DNA from: an uncultured Veillonellaceae bacterium
GTDB lineage: Bacteria > Bacillota > Negativicutes > JARBTT01
Assembly (NCBI GenBank): GCA_963805085.1
Contig: CAWDTA010000002.1
Location: 1,408,001 to 1,472,000, forward strand
Direction of reading: 5' to 3'
Length of the DNA: 64,000 bases
The notes beneath the pieces were generated by a model. It had not been told where the DNA came from and searched no databases. It saw only the letters and a list, made by a program, of their open reading frames with translations. A program made the position numbers and the translations under genes. Shown here one piece after another: positions 52,139 to 62,066 of the stretch (its first letter is position 1; each line of letters begins with the position of its first letter).

Positions 52139-52825
52139 CTCCCTCGAAAAGTTTTAGCGGTTGTTTTTCTTAAAACTGCCTCTATTGACTTTGCTAGGCG
52201 AACTGTTTCCAGTACGTCTTTATGTATTTATTATAACCACATCATCAATAAATATCAATGAAATAAATCTCATTTTTGTATTAAATCTAAAAAAATTATA
52301 AAAGCTCAATCCAAAGATAGAGGATTGAGCTTTTTGTTTTTCACGAAAATTTATGTGTCAGATATGAAATTGTGTTTACTTGGGTTTTCGACTTTTTAAA
52401 ATAAAATTTAATCAGCATTATTAAAATAAAACAAGTTGTTGTAATTACAGCACCAAATTGTATGTTAGATTTGGTGAATCAATTCCTATTAATAACATTT
52501 TGGATAAATTAGAAGACTCGCATAAATCACAGATTGAAAATATGGGAAAAAAAGATAGGCGTTTATCTAATGGACAAGATGACTTAACGGGTGAGTATGT
52601 AGATTTTGTTTCAATAGAAGAAGATAAACAGCGATATGATAAAGAAATTACGGATTTAAGGAAAAATCTAAAAAATAAATTCCAAGAATGTTTAAGTTCA
52701 TCTCAGAAGATATAATTTGTAGTCATTTTTTACTCAGAGGAGCTGGAGGATGGATTGCGAGTGCCTAATTTACTTAGATATAGACCTTTATCAGGAGATT
52801 GGCAGAGGTTAATGTGCTGTAATTA

Positions 52826-52953
52826 TAAAAAGGAAACTCCTGCTGAATTCTGTATGAATTTGGCAGGAGTTTTACGCTTTTATGAGAATATGTAAGTCTA
52901 ATATCAAAAAGTCGATAGCAAGGTGACGGAAAAGGGACGTCATCTATTGTCCC
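52826..52953 (+). repeat. Array element
   Basis: Core 52834-52872. Confidence 0.93.
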
Positions 52954-52986
52954 ATGATATTTTAGCTTAATCAGAAGTGATATCTC

Positions 52987-54345
52987 TTAATTCTCTCTTA
53001 CGCCATATGCAACTCGTCTAATATTGATTAAGTTCATAGGTCCTACATTGTCTGAGGTAGCACTGCCGCCTATTGCGCCGCATCCTAAAGTCAATGCTGG
53101 AACAAGATTAGTTGAAGCACCAATACCACCTAATGATCCTGAAGTATTGATCAAAAGTCTGGATACCGGCATCTTTAAGGCAAATTCTCTGATGACGGAG
53201 TTATCATTAGAATGAAGAATTAAAGTATGCCCTTTTCCCTCGTTCATTAGAATTTCTATACAGCGATCACAGGCTTTTTTAAGGTTCTCTTCACAGTAAA
53301 AAGCAAGTATGGGAGCTAATTTTTCTCTGGAATAGCAATTTAGCTTTCCTACTGTTGTTTGCTCAGAAATCAGTACCTTCGCTCCTGCAGGGATTGTTAT
53401 GCCTACTAAGTTGGCTATTGTTTGTACATTTTTTCCGACAATTTGCGGATTTATCATACCATTGCTTTTTAAAATATATAGCCCCAATTGCTCGGATTGT
53501 TCTGGAGTTAAGAAGTAAGCACCCTGTTTTTTGAATTCGGCGATAACGGCTTCTTTTGAGCAGGATTCGACAATAACGGATTGTTCTGAAGCGCAGATTA
53601 CACCATTATCAAAAGTCTTACTTTCTATAATTCTTTGCACAGCGAGTTGAAAATCTGCTGTTTTTTCGATGAAAGCAGGTCCATTGCCTGGACCTACTCC
53701 AATAGCGGGGGTGCCAGAACTATACGCTGCTTTAACCATAGCTTCGCCGCCTGTAGCAAGAATTAATGAAACATCGGGGTGCTTCATTAATTGTGTAGTA
53801 CCTTCCATGGAAAGAACCCTCATACAACCAATGATCCCTTCAGGAGCACCTGCTTTAACTGCAGCGTTCTGCAGTATAATTGCTGCTTCTATTGTGCAGT
53901 TTTTTGCTGATGGATGAGGAGAAAATACAATAGCATTTCCTGTTTTTAATGCTATGAGAGATTTGTAAATAACAGTGGAAGTAGGATTAGTAGAAGGCAC
54001 TAATGCAGTAATTATGCCAACTGGAACAGCTACGTCCATTACCATTTTTTCCTTGTCATCTGTTAAAATACCTACTGTTTTTATATGTTTGATGTGATTA
54101 TATACGACTTCACTGGCAAATTTATTTTTGATTATTTTATCTGACCATTTGCCGAACCCAGTTTCTGTATTGGCAAGCTTTGCAAGGTGATCAGCTTCTC
54201 TACTAGCAGCGATAGACATTGCTTCAATAATTTTATCAATTTGTTCTTGGGTAAAATCTTTATAAACTTCCTGTGCCTTTTTGGCTTTGGCAATTATATC
54301 ACGAGCCTCTTGGATAGATTGTAAATCTGAAGATAATGTTTGCAT
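52987..54345 (-). CDS. Acylating acetaldehyde dehydrogenase (EutE/PduP-like)
   Basis: D.QSIQEAR, PSTNPTST, ATGG.AMVKAAYSSG, TFDNGVICASEQ, TLGCG. Confidence 0.9.
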   Translation of the reverse strand: MQTLSSDLQSIQEARDIIAKAKKAQEVYKDFTQEQIDKIIEAMSIAASREADHLAKLANTETGFGKWSDKIIKNKFASEVVYNHIKHIKTVGILTDDKEKMVMDVAVPVGIITALVPSTNPTSTVIYKSLIALKTGNAIVFSPHPSAKNCTIEAAIILQNAAVKAGAPEGIIGCMRVLSMEGTTQLMKHPDVSLILATGGEAMVKAAYSSGTPAIGVGPGNGPAFIEKTADFQLAVQRIIESKTFDNGVICASEQSVIVESCSKEAVIAEFKKQGAYFLTPEQSEQLGLYILKSNGMINPQIVGKNVQTIANLVGITIPAGAKVLISEQTTVGKLNCYSREKLAPILAFYCEENLKKACDRCIEILMNEGKGHTLILHSNDNSVIREFALKMPVSRLLINTSGSLGGIGASTNLVPALTLGCGAIGGSATSDNVGPMNLINIRRVAYGVREN

Positions 54346-54668
54346 GAGTAAACCCTCCTTGTTTTATTTAAATATCAAATCTCTAAATTGTATAGTGTAG
54401 TATTTTCAAAGAGTTTGTGGTGAATAATTTCCTGTTTTTAGACTAGGAAAAAGCTTGATCAACAAATTATCTTGTACATTATTGAAACATCTGTTAATAT
54501 GGAAAAAAATAGATTTTTTAGTGATAACTCTTCTTGATATGATAGTAACATTTTATTGTAGACAGAACTATTCGGTTTTTTAAAAAACTGTTTCTATTTT
54601 AAAAAAATTTGTATTTTTATGAATATTGAAAATACAATATAGTGGGAAATCTGCAAAGGAGGGATATT

Positions 54669-55508
54669 ATGGATAAGTTTAATCGAAATCTGGAACTAAT
54701 TGATGGATTGGAAACTAATTATTTACGTATTTTGTATTATGATTTTGACAAGCAGTATCAAGGTATTTATAATTCCTATGAAAATAATCGATTATGTACC
54801 ATTATTAATGGTGCTAAAAAAGTAAAAATTAATGATTCCAATTTTTTTACTTATGATGAAAATGAATTTATTGTATTACCGCCTTATTCCAGTATAAACT
54901 TAGAAATAAATATTCCTACGACTGCATTAGTTATTGAAATTTTTAACGGATTAATTGAGGATATTACGGAAAAAGTTAGTTTGGAAACTGAGATAGAGTG
55001 TGTTTGTACCGCAGATAATAGTTTTTGTCATACAAAGAAGACAACTACACTACAAATCATCCTTGAAAAAATCTTTCAGACAGGTATAGGAACTGATAAA
55101 AACAAGGAATTCATTATCGATTTATATGCACAGGAAATGATATATGATTTGCTTAAAAATCAATATGTTCAGGATGTAAAAAGAAATCAATCAAACAATT
55201 TTATGCAATTAGCTATCAATTTAATGAAAAATAATCTTTCTGGTGATAGCAGCATTGCTGATATCGCACAAATTTTAAATATGTCGTCAGCTAGTTTTTC
55301 AATAAAATTTAAACAAATGACAGGTATAACACCTAATAAATATTTGACTAATTTAAAGCTGCTTCATGCCAAAACACAGTTGCAGTTAAACAATAAAAAT
55401 GTTACGGAAATTGCAATGGATTTGGGGTACGAAAATATTTCTCATTTTATTCAATTATTTAAAGAAAAATTTGGAGATACACCCAAACAATATCTTTTGA
55501 AGCAGTAA
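54669..55508 (+). CDS. AraC family regulator
   Basis: FK..TG.TP.KY, VTEIA.DLGYENISHFI..FK.KFG.TP.QY. Confidence 0.9.
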   Translation: MDKFNRNLELIDGLETNYLRILYYDFDKQYQGIYNSYENNRLCTIINGAKKVKINDSNFFTYDENEFIVLPPYSSINLEINIPTTALVIEIFNGLIEDITEKVSLETEIECVCTADNSFCHTKKTTTLQIILEKIFQTGIGTDKNKEFIIDLYAQEMIYDLLKNQYVQDVKRNQSNNFMQLAINLMKNNLSGDSSIADIAQILNMSSASFSIKFKQMTGITPNKYLTNLKLLHAKTQLQLNNKNVTEIAMDLGYENISHFIQLFKEKFGDTPKQYLLKQ

Positions 55509-55527
55509 TAGATCATAAGATAGAAGT

Positions 55528-55558
55528 AGAAGTCCTGATATTTTTGCAGGACTTCTAT
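55528..55558. terminator. Terminator after araC-family gene
   Basis: TAGAAGTCCTG...CAGGACTTCTA. Confidence 0.6.
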
Positions 55559-55756
55559 TATTTTTTCGTAATAAAATAATAAATTGTATTATAAGTCTGG
55601 GGTACAGGAGATGAATGGAAGTATTGTGAAATTTTAATAGATATTACTACTTTCCAATTGTTTCTTAACTTGTCCATTTAATAACAGAAGAGACCATGTT
55701 AATTTTGATTTGTCCCTTATTGAATTATTGATAAAATAGACTACGTCAGTGATGCT

Positions 55757-55981
55757 AAATAGAATATAAACACTAAAAAGGAAACTCTTGCTGAATTCTG
55801 TATAAATTTGGCAGGAGTTTTGAGCTTTCATGAGAATATGTAATTTTAATATCAAAAAGTTGATGGCAAGGTTGAGGAGGGCGAAGTAGCGGAGGTACTG
55901 TCTTAGGAAAAAGTAACAAGACGAAATCATCGTCCCCAGTCGTTCGAAAATGGTGGGACAGGGAACCTGTCCCCTTGTCCC
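55757..55981 (+). repeat. Array element, full long tail
   Basis: Core 55782-55820. Confidence 0.93.
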
Positions 55982-56533
55982 TCCAATCCCTTTGCCTGCC
56001 ATCTCACCTTTGCTGATTAATTGACTTTTTTCACCATAAAAACACCTCTTACGTAATATAGTTTTGCTATACGACATAAGAGGTGCTTTTCTTTCTGTCC
56101 CAGTTTATGGCTTGGGGGCTATTAGATCCAATTATTGATATTGAGAAACTTCTTTTTTTAATATTTTGCAGGAGTCGTTTAACCAGTTCGTGCAATCGGT
56201 ACAACGCCTGATATACTCGTCGGGAGAGACGTTAAGTAACGAGCTGCCATACCCACGTTTATAATATGCTCAAAATCGGTACATTCTTTTGCAATAGTTT
56301 TTCTGTATATTTCATAAAGAAAGATTCACTCCTCTAGTGATTTTTTTTAGTATGTGCTTATTAGTATAAAACAATAAGCATGCCAGAACTGGATAAAGAA
56401 TTTTCATGGAAATATCAAGATTCTTAGTTGAAAAATGAATTTCAAAAGAATGTATATAATTGAAGGGGTGATGACGATATGAGGTAAGCGGATACACAGA
56501 ATTATTTTTTGTCAAAAAAATAAGGGGAGATGT

Positions 56534-57406
56534 TTGTTTATGAGAAATACGTGTAAAAGTGGAATGTTCCTTGGTTATGATAGTGGTGTAAGTACAACTG
56601 GTGTGAGTACTTATGATCCGGATATTGTATCGTTTGACTATTGCAACTGGAATGGTTCGGGAGCCAGTGCAATAAGCTATAACTACAATAGCACAGTGAA
56701 AAATTTAAATAAAACGATTTCTGTATCTTGCCATATGCCCAATCCGAACGGCGGAAATGCAAAAGTTGCAATGTCAGCCTCAGATTTTTCTACACTCGCC
56801 AGTACCCAGATAAAATCGATCACCTCATCCAGTTCTACAATGCTGCAAACATACAAGGCAGAAGTAGACAAAATAGCAGCTGGACTCAGCAATCTTGGAA
56901 CTACTGTGTATTTTAGACCGTTTCATGAAATGAATGGCAGTTGGTTTTGGTGGGGAAAGCAGTTAACAAGTGATTTCATTAATCTTTGGAAAAAATTATA
57001 TGATTATATTATAAATTATAAAGGTCTATCCAATGTAAAATTTGTTTATGCACCTAATAAGGGGAGTTATGCGGCTGACTATTATCCTGGGAGCAGCTAT
57101 GTGACATGGATAGGAATTGATGCTTATAGTGATGATCCTGTCAATGATTCGGATATCAAAACTGCCTACAATGCACTGGTTGGTAAAGGCAAGTCCATTG
57201 GTTTTAGTGAAATCGGGCCTACAGTAGGAGGGGCATATGTAGATAGCAGTAACAATCAGATTAAGAAATTTGACTATACTCTATGGAATAATGCGATAAA
57301 TTATACCTATACCAGTGCCAGTTTCTTCATAACCTGGGATGGCGCGTATGGGCCATATAACAATACAAATGGCAGTGTACTCTTCGGAGAACAGTCCTCA
57401 TGGTAA
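56534..57406 (+). CDS. Glycoside hydrolase family 26 (beta-mannanase-like)
   Basis: FRPFHEMNGSWFWWG, YYPG, IGIDAY, FSEIG. Confidence 0.88.
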   Translation: MFMRNTCKSGMFLGYDSGVSTTGVSTYDPDIVSFDYCNWNGSGASAISYNYNSTVKNLNKTISVSCHMPNPNGGNAKVAMSASDFSTLASTQIKSITSSSSTMLQTYKAEVDKIAAGLSNLGTTVYFRPFHEMNGSWFWWGKQLTSDFINLWKKLYDYIINYKGLSNVKFVYAPNKGSYAADYYPGSSYVTWIGIDAYSDDPVNDSDIKTAYNALVGKGKSIGFSEIGPTVGGAYVDSSNNQIKKFDYTLWNNAINYTYTSASFFITWDGAYGPYNNTNGSVLFGEQSSW

Positions 57407-57547
57407 TTTTGTAAAGCGTCCGAATAGGGTGCTTTTCACTTGCAAGAATTTTGCCGATAGTTATAGTGTATGGATGTTTGCTCATATGCTTTGCTAACAT
57501 TTTATGCACTGCACACCGACTTCTTGTCTGCAACGATAATAATCATT

Positions 57548-57769
57548 AAATAGAACACAAATAGTAAAAGGAAACTCCTACTGAATTCTGTATGAATTTT
57601 GCAGGAGTTTTGAGCTTTTATGAGAATATGTAAATTTAATATCAAAAATTGATGGCAGGTTGAGGCGGATGAAGTGGCGGAGGTAGTGTCTTAGAGGAAA
57701 GCAATAAGACGAAATCACCGTCCCCAGTTGTTCGAAAATAGTGGGACGGGGAACCTGTCCCCTTGTCCC
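57548..57769 (+). repeat. Array element, full long tail
   Basis: Core 57572-57610. Confidence 0.93.
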
Positions 57770-57778
57770 ATAAGAGGT

Positions 57779-58489
57779 TTAAACTTGATTATTGACTACA
57801 ATTATATGGTTCCACCAAGTGCTCATTGCATTCATTAATTTTTGAGATGAAAAATATCTGTCTTTTCCTTTTGGTTGACCATCTTGATAGGTGGCATTCC
57901 AATTATTTGGATCATAAACTTCAAAGTAGGTGTTACCATCTACTACTCTGTAGCCTTTTACCACAATAAAATGACCTCCTTTATAATCGTAAAATCTTTC
58001 TATTCTTTGTTCAGAGTTATTGTTATATGGTATATAAGTTGTATCGATACATAAAATAAGTATATTTCCTTGCTGTAATTGAGATTTTAAAAGACTTTCT
58101 GATGGATTATCCCAAACTTTACCTTTGGTACCATTTAACTCAAGATAATTTAGAACATCATTCGTATACCACCATCCGCCATTTTCAGGATAAACAGCTC
58201 TTGCATCTTCAACAGTTTTAGAAAAGTCACTGTTTAGCCACTTTAATGCCATTATAGTACTAGACGGACCGCAGTTGCTATTTGAGTATTCTCCTGTGTT
58301 TCCCTGATCTATATACCAATCATAAGATCTATTATTACTGATATATTCAGATTGCACTACTCCTAGACCCCAGCTAGAATCAACTGTTGTAATACTACTT
58401 TGTGCAGCTTGTGCAATTACAGCACCGCTTAATAAAGTTACCAAAATTAAAAATGATGTAATAATTTTATTAAATTTAGTTTTAATCAT
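57779..58489 (-). CDS. Secreted C39-like cysteine peptidase
   Basis: Signal peptide; Q...NCGPSS..MAL, GHFIVVKGY, VYDP. Confidence 0.75.
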   Translation of the reverse strand: MIKTKFNKIITSFLILVTLLSGAVIAQAAQSSITTVDSSWGLGVVQSEYISNNRSYDWYIDQGNTGEYSNSNCGPSSTIMALKWLNSDFSKTVEDARAVYPENGGWWYTNDVLNYLELNGTKGKVWDNPSESLLKSQLQQGNILILCIDTTYIPYNNNSEQRIERFYDYKGGHFIVVKGYRVVDGNTYFEVYDPNNWNATYQDGQPKGKDRYFSSQKLMNAMSTWWNHIIVVNNQV

Positions 58490-58999
58490 ATTATTTCCCT
58501 CCATTAATAACATGTTTTGTATTTATTTCACAGTAAAAATAGATATATTTACGACATGAAACAAAACTTTATTTCATCCAGACACGCCCCCTTTCTATAC
58601 TTAGCTATTGGATTTGACACAGGCGATAATTTACCAGAAATCCACATTAGCACTTAAGTTATCCTTCATAGTGCTTGCAATGTTAGCTAATATTTTTTTG
58701 AATCATTTGTAGAAAATATTCCTTTATATCAGCCTCCTTGTTTATATACATTCTTTAAATGTTGTTTTTTAAACCATAATCGACAAAAAAACACTGCTTA
58801 AGAAATAAATAAAATTTAGGGAATTATATCCGTAAAGAAAAACAGCAGACAGTACCTGTATAAAGGTATTGTCTGCTGTTTGGATAAAGATTTAAGAAGC
58901 TTTTTCGGATGTAGAGGGGCGATCTCCATTTCAATAAAATGGGGTGACTTTTCACGTCCGCTACCATCCCCTGTCGTTAAGAATAGTGCCTATAGTGCT

Positions 59000-59068
59000 A
59001 ATTAGAATATAACCAATACAGACGAAACTCCTGCTGAATTTTGTATGAATTTGGCAGGGGGGTGAGCT
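59000..59068 (+). repeat. Array element, right-truncated
   Basis: Core 59025-59063. Confidence 0.85.
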
Positions 59069-59134
59069 GTTCAAAACCACCGTTGTCTAGTTCGTCAAAG
59101 AAGAAGAAAACTATTCTTTGGGAGATGATTAATA

Positions 59135-60214
59135 ATGAAAACTAAGTTTTTTATTCTGTTGTTTTTTTCAGTATTTATTTTTGGTTCTAACTTTTCACAA
59201 GCTTATGCGGAAGATCAATTTTTATTTTTAGGACAGTCAGCAAGTGCAGAGGCTTATCTGGATACTGCAACACTTTCTGTTACAAAAGATGATAGAAAGT
59301 GCATTTATTATGACGCATGGATAAAGAGTAAGAATAAACAGGAAGTTCAGCAATTAGATGTTTTTAATAATCAGCAAGAATATGTAGATTATGAATTCTT
59401 TCATATGATATTTGCTATAACTCAAGATAAGAAAATGATTCAGATTCGGAGTGTTAGTCCTTATGGTAAAAGTGGTGCAAAGCTTTTGGGGGATAGGGCG
59501 AATAATCCAATGTTTACAGACATCATCAAAGGTTCAATGGCTGATGTGCTGGCTGATGAAATAACAAGATATGTATCACAAAATTGGGTGGGGCCAATCC
59601 CCGATTTGGATGAAAAATATCTGCCCTTGGATGAGACGAAATTTTATAATTTATTTACATCTAAAGGATATGCGCTAAATAAAATAGAGGAGTCACAGGG
59701 ACCTAAGCCAGCAAATAATGATTCTTATATCTCTACTACAACGCCGTATAGCTTTTTAGATAAAGCTCTTGATAAAGAAGTCTGGTTTAGTGCATCTGGC
59801 GATGATAAGCAACATTTAAATATGGCACATGTATCTTTTGGCACTGAAGGGCAAAATTATAAACAATCTGAATTGTTTACTAATAATTTATCTTTAGAAG
59901 AAAAAATAAATTTGTTTTACACGGCACTACAAGCATTGTTTCCAGAATGGTCAAAAGATGAATCTGAAAAATGGGTAAATGATTCAATTGCCAGAATGAA
60001 TCAAAGCGATAAAGTCATGTTTATATATTTGCATAAGGGTAAAAATTATATAATGATTTCGCGGCAGCCGACAAACGATAATATAGCAGTATTATATGTG
60101 CTCAAAATTTCTCCAATTGAGCCAATCGAGGTTAATCCTATCCAGTCATATTATGAGCGTAACAATGCTATTTCTATTTATGAGGAATGGAAACCATCAA
60201 AAAAGAATGATTAA
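59135..60214 (+). CDS. Secreted hypothetical protein
   Basis: Signal peptide (MKTKFFILL...AYA); long open ORF with RBS. Confidence 0.7.
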   Translation: MKTKFFILLFFSVFIFGSNFSQAYAEDQFLFLGQSASAEAYLDTATLSVTKDDRKCIYYDAWIKSKNKQEVQQLDVFNNQQEYVDYEFFHMIFAITQDKKMIQIRSVSPYGKSGAKLLGDRANNPMFTDIIKGSMADVLADEITRYVSQNWVGPIPDLDEKYLPLDETKFYNLFTSKGYALNKIEESQGPKPANNDSYISTTTPYSFLDKALDKEVWFSASGDDKQHLNMAHVSFGTEGQNYKQSELFTNNLSLEEKINLFYTALQALFPEWSKDESEKWVNDSIARMNQSDKVMFIYLHKGKNYIMISRQPTNDNIAVLYVLKISPIEPIEVNPIQSYYERNNAISIYEEWKPSKKND

Positions 60215-60223
60215 GTACTGTTG

Positions 60224-60391
60224 AATAGAATATAAACAGTAAAAAGGAAACTCCTGCTGAAATTTGTATGAATTTGGCAGGAGTTTTGAGCTTTTATGAG
60301 AATATGTAAATTTAATATCAAAAAGCGATGGCAAGGTGACGGAAAAGGAACGTCCCCGCCTGTCTCGCCTGTCTCCCCCGCCTGTCCGTCC
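60224..60391 (+). repeat. Array element with reiterated CGCCTGTC end
   Basis: Core 60248-60286. Confidence 0.93.
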
Positions 60392-60409
60392 TGGTTTGGA
60401 GGTGTAAGT

Positions 60410-60991
60410 ATGAAAAAGATTTTGTTATTATTGGCCAATGGTTTTGAAGCCTATGAAGCAAGTGTTTTTACTGATGTATTGGACTGGAATATGGAAGAGG
60501 GGGACGGATCAACTCAAGTGGTGACTTGTAGTTTACACAAGCAGATTACTTGTACTGGACGTTTAACTGTAATTCCTGAATTACTAATATCACAAGTTGA
60601 TGTAGCTAAGTTTGACGCATTGGCGATTCCAGGCGGGTATGAATCTAAAGGGTTTTATAAGGATGCATATAGTGACGAGTTCTTGACTCTTATTCAAAAG
60701 TTTAATTCAGTAGAAAAAATCATTTCTGCAATTTGCGTCGGAGCTTTACCAGTGGGAAAAAGCGGAGCATTATTTGGTCGTCAAGGAACGACATATCATT
60801 TGAATAATGGATATCGTCAACAGCAATTAGCTTCCTTTGGGGTTAGTGTTGTTAACCAACCGATAGTAATTGATAGTAACATTATAACGTCTTCGTCACC
60901 AGCAACAGCAATGGACGTTGCCTTTAAGCTATTGGAGATGCTTACATCATTGGAAAACTGTCGTCATGTTAAATATTTAATGGGTTTTTAA
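60410..60991 (+). CDS. DJ-1/PfpI family protein
   Basis: LLANGFE..E, DALAIPGG, AICVG, ITS..P..A; RBS GGAGG before ATG 60410. Confidence 0.9.
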   Translation: MKKILLLLANGFEAYEASVFTDVLDWNMEEGDGSTQVVTCSLHKQITCTGRLTVIPELLISQVDVAKFDALAIPGGYESKGFYKDAYSDEFLTLIQKFNSVEKIISAICVGALPVGKSGALFGRQGTTYHLNNGYRQQQLASFGVSVVNQPIVIDSNIITSSSPATAMDVAFKLLEMLTSLENCRHVKYLMGF

Positions 60992-61007
60992 TAAACGCTA
61001 TACTCGT

Positions 61008-61102
61008 TTAAAATCAAAAAGTGATGGCAAGGTTGAGGAGGGCGAAGTGGTGGAGGTAGTGTCTTAGAAAAAAGCAACAAGACGAAATCAATGTCCCTAG
61101 TC
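61008..61102 (+). repeat. Array element, long tail only
   Basis: GATGGCAAGGTTGAGGAGGGCGAAGTGG... Confidence 0.85.
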
Positions 61103-61103
61103 T

Positions 61104-61829
61104 ATGGAGGGTGAAAACTTGTGGGAAGAAGCTTTACGTTTATTAGACAAAGACAAAATCCGAAATTGCAATATCATTAATTTTATAGACCAATATCCGA
61201 TAGAACGGATTGAAATAATGGGACAGTCGGTATTGGTGAGAGGTATAAGTGATGAAATCTGGAATTATATTAGCAGCGAAAATGTAAATGAGTTTGAAAA
61301 GTTGATTGAAAATGAGCAAGCTGCAGGTACACATTTTGCTGCTATTGAAGACTGGATGCTTCCTTATTTAACACTAAGTAGGACGGTAGTTTGGCAGTTA
61401 ACAAGTATAAAATTAGTGTTTACACATGATGTATCATTGCTGCCTGCTAATAAACATAATGTATCTGAATTAAAACCAGAGGATGCACAGTATATCTACA
61501 AACATTATAATTATCAAAAGTATACATCGGTAGAATATATTGCTAATCGTATTAAAAATGGTAATGCGTTAGGTATCTATGAAGACAGTAAACTTATAGC
61601 TTGGATTGCGACTCATGATGATGGTGCAATGGGTTTATTACATGTACTGCCGGAATATAGAAAAAAAGGATATGGATATGAACTGACTGTTGCCTTAATA
61701 ATGGGCTTGTATGAACAAGGTAAGCTTCCATTTGTTCATATTGAAGAGGAAAATGAAAAGTCGATGAATCTAGTATTAAAAGTCGGTTTTGTAAAAGATA
61801 GGCGTATTCACTGGTTAAAAGTGAAGTGA
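61104..61829 (+). CDS. GNAT acetyltransferase (FR47-like)
   Basis: LHVLPEYRKKGYG, N.KS..L..KVGF. Confidence 0.85.
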   Translation: MEGENLWEEALRLLDKDKIRNCNIINFIDQYPIERIEIMGQSVLVRGISDEIWNYISSENVNEFEKLIENEQAAGTHFAAIEDWMLPYLTLSRTVVWQLTSIKLVFTHDVSLLPANKHNVSELKPEDAQYIYKHYNYQKYTSVEYIANRIKNGNALGIYEDSKLIAWIATHDDGAMGLLHVLPEYRKKGYGYELTVALIMGLYEQGKLPFVHIEEENEKSMNLVLKVGFVKDRRIHWLKVK

Positions 61830-61925
61830 ATTTTGCCAAGCCTTCAAATTCTTTTAACGTCATTTTTTGCCAAATTTTTATGAATTTTTAATAAATCTTT
61901 TACAAAGATTTTAGATAACATTGTT

Positions 61926-62064
61926 AAATAGAAATATAAACACTAAAAAGGAAACTCCTGCTGAATTCTGTATGAATTTGGCAGGAGTTTTGAGCTTTTA
62001 TGAGAATATGTAAGTTTAATAGTTAAAAAGCCGATGGCAAGGTGACGGGAAAAAAAACGTCCCC
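61926..62064 (+). repeat. Array element, near consensus
   Basis: Core 61952-61990. Confidence 0.95.
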
Positions 62065-62066
62065 GA

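Noticed and set aside
52458-52715. 85-aa ORF
   Set aside because: No RBS or recognisable motif; may be a captured fragment but cannot be supported
55865-55960. Long tail read as a transposase start (ATGGCAAGGTTGAGG = MARLRRAKWRRY)
   Set aside because: No RBS, frame not preserved among copies, and no HUH motif follows
24054-60438. Repeated minus-strand ORFs containing KAQNSCQIHTEFSRSF or KFTYSHKS (24054, 34530, 37951, 39643, 47709, 51774, 55634, 60211)
   Set aside because: Translations of the repeat itself with inconsistent starts, ends and frames; not a protein family
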